Below, one piece after another: positions 55,171 to 64,000 of a stretch of DNA of 64,000 bases. Both the position numbers and the translations under genes were made by a program. The DNA lies in assembly GCF_009914755.1 (NCBI RefSeq), contig NC_060933.1; one strand, given 5' to 3'. How positions within the stretch are numbered: the first letter of the stretch is position 1; every line of letters starts with the position of its first letter. The DNA is from the human T2T-CHM13v2.0 reference genome, Homo sapiens. The notes under the pieces were generated by a model that did not search any database, was not told where the DNA came from, and saw only the letters and a program-made list of their open reading frames with translations.

Positions 55171-56941
55171 TTATCCCCACTTTCCAGATAAGCAGACTGA
55201 GGCCATCCACCTCAGGCCTGGAGTCTAGCTGGCCTGGCTTGAGGTTTAGTTGCAGGAGCCACTTGCAAAATCACCAAGCACCTGGTCACAGCTTCACGAC
55301 CACAGGAGAGTGGAGGTCGCTCGAGAAGAGAGGTAGGCCAAGGAGAACAGGGCCAGGGTAGCACAGTGTCAGGGTAGCACAGTGTCACGGCATGGAAGCC
55401 ATTCTCAACGCATTCAAAACCCAGTTCAGCCACTCAGACGCTGTGGTCTAAGGCAGGACATTCAACCTCTCTGAACCTCAGTTTTCTCATCTGTAAAATG
55501 GGGCTAAATAATAATACAAACCTCACAGGTACATTGTGAGTATTGGGGAATGACAGATGAAGTGCCCGGCCCGTGGTGGACACTCAGTGCATGGCATGAT
55601 GCCACCTTCCCTTGACGCACCTGGGGAGGCTGCACCAGTCCAGACCAGCCTAGACCAGACTAGCCTTGCATCACCCAAGGTTAGGCAGCCAGGGCCTGGG
55701 AACCATCCCTGCCCTGTTTTCTGTTTGGGGCTTTGTGTTTCCCAGCGTTTCCTTTGGAAAAAGTCCAGCTTCCTCCCCACTGGAAGGAGGCAGGAGGGGA
55801 CTGTTCACGCCTGGGTCTGGATGCCCGAGGGAGCCTTGTGGGGAGATGACAAGAGCCTGGGGTTTGGAGTCAGGCCAGTAGGGTTTGAATCCAGGATCTG
55901 ACCTTTACAACACTGTGTGGCCCTGGGCAAGTGACTTCACCTCTCTGAGGTGCCAATTTCCTCACCTGTTTAAGGTCTCATGATCTCTGCCTCAAAGGGT
56001 ACTGGATGCAGATGGAGGGGTGGGGTGAGAGAAGGTTCTGGATGCAGTTCCCCAGTGTACATACAGTGATTCCTTTTGGGGATGGGCTGAAGACCAGGGG
56101 AGGAGCCAAAGGTTGACAGCTGGAGTGACCAAGACAAATGCTCCCTGGCAAACGGAATCCAGTGGGTGTCCTGCCTAGGATGGAGGTGGGAAGGACAAAT
56201 TTAGGTCCAGCTTGTCAGCATGCTGCTGGAATGAGGGTCCAAAGTGATCAGACCTCTGATTATTCAGGAGAAAAATCCACGCAAAATTTTCACGCAAAAT
56301 CTCATGATTAAAGTATGGTAAGGAGTATATAGGATGATTCCATTTATAGAAAATTCACAACAGGCAAAACCAAGATAGTGGTTTCCTTTGAGGGAGGTGG
56401 GTGGTGCCTGGGAGGGAACATGAAGGATTTCAGGAAGCCAGCAACATTCTCTCTCTTAATCTGGGTGTTGGTGGCATGGGCATGTCCTCTTTGTAATCCT
56501 ATGCTTCGTGCACTTTTCTACTGTGTATTATACTTCAATAAAAATGCTAGAATAATTTTAAAGCAAATAAATCAAGGCTGCAGTGCTGGGAGAAAAGACT
56601 ACCTATAGGGGCCAAGCTGAACACACCTGCAGGCTGCCTTCTGACTCTGGGCTGGGGACGTGAGGCAGGCATGGGTGCTCTTGGCCCCTGACACCCTTAG
56701 GGGGCAGGTGCTTCCTCAGCCACACAGGAGGAACACCCATCCTGCCCCACCCTGCTGCCTTATCCAGAGAAGGCTGGACAGCCACAGCTCCTCTTAGCCA
56801 GATCTGCTGAGCTCACATTCTAGAGAAACAGACAAGTTCTGTCACTTACATGATAAAGTCCCCCCAAAAACTCACCCTTACTTATTATACATTTTACTTT
56901 ACCAAGAATGCCCAGAGGACAGTAATCAAAAGGCAGACTCA

Positions 56942-57350
<409 letters not shown>

Positions 57351-58180
57351 CTACCAACTTGTATCGTCACTGGTGCCCAGGAGCCCCTGACGTCACAGGG
57401 GTTGTGGTTGGCAGTGGAATTGCCCCAGCTCCACCCCTCTGCCTGGTCCAGAAGTCTCGGTTTTATTTTTCTTTTCTTTTCTGAGGGCCAACAGGAGATG
57501 CACACACCTCCTACATAAAGCGGTACTAACCAAAACAAATGCACATCAAATGCATGTATTTGCACAAACACTCATAAAAACTTTACCAGACACCAAATAA
57601 TTACAGGAAGGGGCGAACCTTCAATCCACCAAGCCACAGCATTTTGAAGTGGATTTAAGATAAAGATCAAATAGGATGGGCACTGGCCCCAGCCTCACAT
57701 CGGGCCCCCTTCCCCAGACACGGGCCCATGAGATAGAGACCAAGGAACTTTCTGGGTTTTGGGACTCTGTGTTCAATTCATAGAAAATGTCTTTCTGCAA
57801 GTTATTCTTAGTGTCTTCATGTGGCTTTTATGGTTTCAAATACGATCCTGGGTCTTCTCTGCTCTCACTGTGGTCCTCAGCTGGGGAAGCTCCCGGTTCC
57901 AGACAGGCTGCAGAAATAATCCAGCCCATCCATTTGGCAAGAAAGCCAAAGATTCTTGAAGAAAATAAATTTTAAAATATGTGACATCTTGAGAATCCCA
58001 CGTGGTTGCTTTTGATGTAATGGGCTAACGCCCCTAATTCTGTGTCCCCGCCAGGGTCCAGCTCTGAGCAGCTACTTGCAGGCCCAGGCTCTAGAGCAGG
58101 GCCAGTGGCAAAGGCTGTGCCGGGCCTCTAGGCACTGCCTGGAGGTCTCCTGCGCCCAGCTCACACCTTCCTGGAGCTAA

Positions 58181-58572
<392 letters not shown>

Positions 58573-60501
58573 TCCATCCAATTATTTACCAAATATGTAT
58601 AGAGGCCTGGTAGGTGCTGGGTGTTGTGGTGAGCACTTATGTTTCAGCCTCTCGACAACCCTGTGGGACAAATGAGGAAGCTGAGGTGCAGAGAGTAGGG
58701 CAGGACCTTCCTGAGGTCCCATGGCCAGATCCTGAACCAGATCTGGGTGGCTCCCCAAGATCTGCTCTTGACCACTCCTAGCCACTGCGAGACCTCAGCA
58801 CTGGGCCACCCCGCCAGGGCACCGTCTCCCTCAGAGCTCCAGTCCCGAGAGCTGACAGCAGCCTGGGCTCTAAGGGAGCACCGTCTCCTGACCCAATGTG
58901 GAGGAATCCCATGACTAAAGACCCAGACCTTGTGCTGGAAAGTCATGGGTCTGTGGCCAGAGCCCCTACCCACTGAAGGGGAAGCTACAGGAAGGACTTA
59001 GGGGCTTTGCTGGGGCTGGCTGTCTCCCCACTGCACACAGACACACACACTTGCATGCAGCCTCAGAGCCCCAGCTCTGCCTCACCAGCAAATTCTGCCA
59101 CAAATCCTGTCTCCCTGCAGCCCCTCTCCCATCAGGCTGGAAAACCCCAATGGGAGAGAGAACCAGTTCCCAGCCCTGATTCAAAGGACCCCAGCTGGGC
59201 GCCATCACTTTACTCCTGTGTGTGGGCCTCCACCTGGGTTCAAGGTCGCTGTGAGGTCTCCCACCGGCACAGCAAGACCACAGACATTTGCACCGCTCTG
59301 CGGCAAGGTGGCTGTGTTACTCTGTGACGATCACACACGGCCATCTCTAGCTGAGAAGGGCCTGACCCTTTGGCCCATGTGCCCTGGGGTCCAGCCCCGC
59401 TGGGGTCCAAAAAGCATAACATGGTCACTGCTGGCTGGAAAGTTTCCAGCACTCAGTCTCTGGGTGTTCCCGCTCCACTTCCGGAGTCAGTGTGGTTCTC
59501 CCAGGACCCTAGACCCGGGGCCACCTCCCAGGAATATCAGCCCCCAACCTGGCCCACTGCTTGGGCGGCTCTGGTCCCCCCAATCTGGCCGCCTGTCAAG
59601 GATCTGAGGCTTGGCAGGGCTGATGGCGCCGGGACAGCGTGGGACGGCCCAGGCTCTCTGCAGCCCTGGTTCTCCGGGCAGAGTGGAATAGAGACACTCG
59701 CAGCTCCTGGTCCTTGCCTTCCCACTCCTCCGAACCCGGCCAGGACTGCACCCTGCGCTGCCCCAGATCCGTGCCTCCAGCTGGAATGGTAAACTGGGAG
59801 GGGGCAGTGTGGCTCTGGCTCTGGTCAGAAGCACAAAACAATCCAGACAGCCCGGAGCGGGATGGACAGGGCTGGGTGGGGTGGGGGAGGGCAGCTCATA
59901 GAGCCGTGCTCGAGGGAGGCGGGTAGCGCAGAGGAGAGGGTGCAAGGCCCTAAGAAGAGGAGCGGGGGGACTAGGGCGGGGCTCAATGGAGCTGGGGCGT
60001 CCGCAGACTGGAAGGAGCCGGGACCCCCGCTCCAGAGCCTCCCTTTCCATTCTCGCTTCTTCCAGTGATTCCGAGCCCCCGACTCAGTCTTTCCCCCAGG
60101 TAGAGAGAATCCGAGGCTGTTTCTGCCGCTGAAATCTGAGCGGGAGAGCATCCCGAAGCCGCCTGCGTGGAGCGAGCAGCCCCCGCGTCATGGGCCAGAG
60201 GCGCCCGGGAGAATCTGCGGGTCACGGATCGCACCCGCAGGGGCCTGGCGGAGCAAGGTGCCGTTCGCCGCCTGCGCGCAGGAGCCGGCTCTGGGCCTCG
60301 GCCCCTGCTGTGCCGTCCAGTCGGCCGCTTCTTCGCTTCTTCGGCAAGGGAAGCGGTGGAGAGGCGCGGGAGCCCCGATTGTGCTGGAGAGATCTGGGAC
60401 CTCTGCGCGTCTGCGTGCGAAGGACCCGAGACCGGCCAACTCAGCTGGGAGCACGGGACACGAGGAGTGAGGACAAAGGGCAAGGAACGGGGCCTATAGG
60501 G

Positions 60502-60504
<3 letters not shown>

Positions 60505-60544
<40 letters not shown>
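60505..60544 (+). repeat. (GT)20 microsatellite
   Basis: Pure GT run. Confidence 0.95.
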
Positions 60545-60546
<2 letters not shown>

Positions 60547-61149
60547 GGGGAATGAATGGACAGCGGGGAAGGCATGCAGAGGGGCCCAAGGGGTGTGGAC
60601 TCAGCAGCCCCACCCCAGACCAGAGAAGGCAGCCAGGCTCTGGCGTCCACCGAGCCAGCGCCCCTATCTGGGCGCGGGCCGCATGGCGGCAGACCACCCT
60701 ATATCCGCCTTGGTGGCGTGGGATATGACTGGCAGGAGCGCGGAAGAGGCGCTGAGAATGCATGCGCACCCGGACAGACCAGACGCGGCACGGAGGGGGT
60801 ACTTCCCACAAGTCCTCCTGCCTTGAGACCAGGCCTTCGAGTGGTCCGGGGAATGCGCCTCTGGGCACAGCCAGCGGCCCCAGATCGGCACTGGACGCCA
60901 ACCCGAGTTAGAGAAGCCTGGGAGACTGGATCGCAGGGGCCCTCATTCAGCCAAGGAGGGGGAAAGGAGAGCTGTAGGGTAGGAGAGGCCAGGCACAGGG
61001 AAGGTGGGGAGGGGATGGAGCCTTGCGCCAGGAGTTGGGGGTGCAGGGCCTGTGACGAGAGAGTATTACCATGTGCACCCTGAAGGAGAGGGAGAGGGTC
61101 TGGGCCTGGAACGAGGACTCTCGCCTGCAGGCAGTCGCCCAGCCCCGGT

Positions 61150-61182
61150 TGCAGGGATGGACCGCGACCAGCAGAGGGCAGA
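61150..61182 (+). promoter_or_regulatory. CTCF motif with partial upstream motif
   Basis: TGCAG at 61150, a 13-nt spacer, then CCAGCAGAGGGCAG (61168-61181), a full match to CCASYAGRKGGCRS. Confidence 0.65.
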
Positions 61183-61469
61183 AAGTGCCTGGTCCGCCCG
61201 CCGGCCCCGAGCCGCGCTCCGCGCCTCGGGACTCTGGCTCTGTGCGCCGAAGCCTTGCCCGCCCGGCTTCTCCCTGCAGCAGCCGCGCCCCCGCCCCAGA
61301 TGCCCGGAGAAGGCGGCTCAGGCCCAGCCCAACTTCGCGGGTCCAGGCCTGGGGTTTCCAGGTCAAGCAAAGAGGGGACCGAGATGTGGGAGAGAAACTC
61401 CACATTGACTGTCCACTCTCCCCGACCTAGCCACACAAAGGCGCCTAGAAATACACGAAGGCACAAAGC

Positions 61470-61880
61470 CCCCCACCACACACAAACACACACACACACA
61501 CACACGCTAGGAGACACGCGAGCACACAGAAGCATTCAGAACCCCGGAGATAAGCACAGATACGCAAAGCTGACAGAGACACCCATACAGAAAAGGATCG
61601 CAGACACAACACAGAGGCTGAGACACGCACAAAGACTTAGGCCCCCGCATGAAATGATGCGGACACACACCCCAGACACAGGCACGAAGGACCCACACAT
61701 TCACATACACACGGGTGCAGGGGACTCAGACACAGATCCACAGATTCACCCCTGGGAGTCTGGAAGGTTGCAGGGACACACATACCGTGTGTGCAGAGCC
61801 AAGGAGCACACGGAGGCAAGAGCCGCAGAGGCGGGGGCCCGACACGCACAGACACACACAGATACCCACCGACACACACG
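61470..61880 (+). repeat. CA-rich low-complexity region
   Basis: Repeated acac/agacac units. Confidence 0.7.
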
Positions 61881-63392
61881 CAGGTAGGGTAGGGCGGGAG
61901 CCTCTAATCCTCCACAAAGCCGGGCCCCTCCGCGGGGCCCCGCGGCGCAGGGGGCCACTTCTGACCAAGCCTCCCGCAGGTTCCAAATCCGATCCGCCCT
62001 TTCGCCTCCAGCGAGGTCAGGGGACCCGCCCCCCATGCCCTCCGCCCCCGCCCGGCTCCGCGCCGCTGCCTCGCTCCGGGAGGGGCCGGGGCCGCCCCGC
62101 AGCGGATCGCGGGGGGTCAGCCCGCCGCTACCCCGGGCCGCAACCGCCCCCCTGCTCCCCGGTGAGCCGCGCGTCGGTGGGGACCACGGGCCGCAGACAG
62201 CCGGTCCGACGCTGTGGCCTCTCGCACCGGACGCGGGTGCCAGGCCCGGCTGGCGCGGAAGTCGGCAGCTCCATCTCGCCAGCTTTCGCGTCCCGTTGCC
62301 GAGGTCCACTTTGCCCAGGCTGGCTAGAGCACTGTCCTTGATCCGCGCGTCCCAGCGACCCCTGGCCGGGCACCCGACCCGCCAAAGGACCCCGATCTTG
62401 GCAGCCAACCTAATTTCTTCAGAGCCGCTACCCTGGGGCCACCACTCCCTCCTAGCGCCCCTCACTGCAAACCCTAGGAGGCTCGGGTCTTGCCCACTGC
62501 TCCTGCCCCTGCCCGGGGACCCCTTTTCCAGCCTTAGTTGTCCTCTAAACTCTCGGTCGCCTGAACCCAGGCCTGACCTTCCTTGTCGTCCCAGTGTCCC
62601 CCATTCTCGATCCCGGGGCCCCAACCTCCCATCGGCTCAGTCCCCCGCCCAATCTCTGCCAGGCCCGGAGCTTTCCCAGACCCCTCACCCACACTCCAGG
62701 CTCACTCCCCGTTCCTGGGCCTGGGCCCCCCTTGCACGAGTCCAGGGCCAGCCGTCCTCGCCTTCTGCCCGCCCCCGTCCTTCGTTCCTGGGAGCCGGCC
62801 CTCTCCGCGGACCAAGCGGCCCCGAGCAGGCGCCGCCGCCCGGGGGACTCCGACTCAGCCCCCGCGACCTACCTCGGCCGACAGTCGGGGGTTCCCAAGC
62901 GGCCACTCCCGGCCGGCGCCGTCCCCTGGCGGAGCCGCCGCGCTCCCTGCCGTCCGCGCAGTCTGGCCTCGCTCGGGGCCACTCCTCGTAGCGCTGGAGC
63001 TTTACAAAATATTAATAATAAAGAAGGCAGAGGAGAAAAAAGAAAGCCTTCGCTCCCCAACTCCCAAATCAATTTTTCAAGGGGGTGGAGCAGAGGGATT
63101 TGTTTCGAAGACGATCAAAACTTCTGCGAGGGGCCCGCGGGGCGGCCGGGCCGGGGAGCCGGGGCCTGAGCTCGGGGCCAGGCGCGGAGCCGCGGGGCGC
63201 GGGCCAGGGGCGCGGAGCCCCGGGGCGCGCGGGGGGGCGGGACGGCACTATTTGACGTGGAGCCGGCGGCGCATCCCGGCGCAGGGATACCGGCCGCGGG
63301 GTTCAAATGTCAGGAAGTTTCGGGAGGTGAGGCGGCCCGTATCCCTCCGCCGCCAGCCCCAGCTCTAAACCCGGCGGCTCAGCGGGCGCACC

Positions 63393-63407
63393 ATGGCACT
63401 GGAGTAG
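63393..63407 (+). other. Upstream micro-ORF (M-A-L-E-stop) in the probable LMX1B 5'UTR
   Basis: gcaccATGGCACTGGAGTAG, with A at -3 and G at +4. Confidence 0.6.
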
Positions 63408-63530
63408 CGCGGGGAGCGCGCCCGGAGCCCCGCGGCCCGCTGCGCCCCGCCCGGGACCCCGCTGCGCCGCGCGCCCCCCCCCCCCGCGGCCCGCGGGGCC
63501 GCCCCTGCACCCCCACCCCCTCCCCCGCCT

Positions 63531-63532
63531 GC

Positions 63533-63563
<31 letters not shown>
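63531..63563 (+). repeat. Interrupted (GCC)n repeat in the LMX1B leader
   Basis: (GCC)4 ACC GCC ACC (GCC)4. A C12 tract lies at 63474-63485. Confidence 0.9.
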
Positions 63564-63616
63564 TCCTCCCCGCGGCTCCGTCTGCAGCAGCCGCCGCCGC
63601 CGGGTTCCGGGACTGA

Positions 63617-64000
<384 letters not shown>

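Noticed and set aside
55354-55387. 16-bp direct repeat cagggtagcacagtgt x2
   Set aside because: Simple local slippage with only two units and no spacers; not array-like.
60655-60675. Possible CTCF motif (atagggg-cgctg on the minus strand)
   Set aside because: One G short and mismatched in the 5' half. The near-match at ~62455 fails likewise.

Overview
Human (primate) genomic DNA: about 63.4 kb upstream of LMX1B (LIM-homeodomain transcription factor, nail-patella syndrome gene, 9q33.3), ending inside its first coding exon. The ATG is at 63881 and the translation [40 protein letters not shown] runs off the window end. The last ~4 kb is a CpG island holding the promoter and GC-rich 5'UTR. The rest is repeat-rich intergenic DNA: about 45 Alus, old L1/L2/MIR pieces, MaLR solo LTRs, hAT and mariner fossils, and a decayed minus-strand ERV-L provirus (16973-25380; gag, pro, RT, IN, dUTPase) that has only one LTR. 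I see no foreign or prokaryotic system. The most notable observations are: (1) a frame-consistent four-exon sense ORF with a polyA signal ending just upstream of the LMX1B promoter; (2) a strong-Kozak 4-codon uORF and AUG-gain-prone codons in the LMX1B leader; (3) two consensus CTCF sites with upstream motifs in divergent orientation; (4) homeodomain/TCF/FOX motif clusters that are candidate enhancers; (5) three fossil local rearrangements. Repeat subfamily names and most repeat boundaries were recognised by eye and are approximate.
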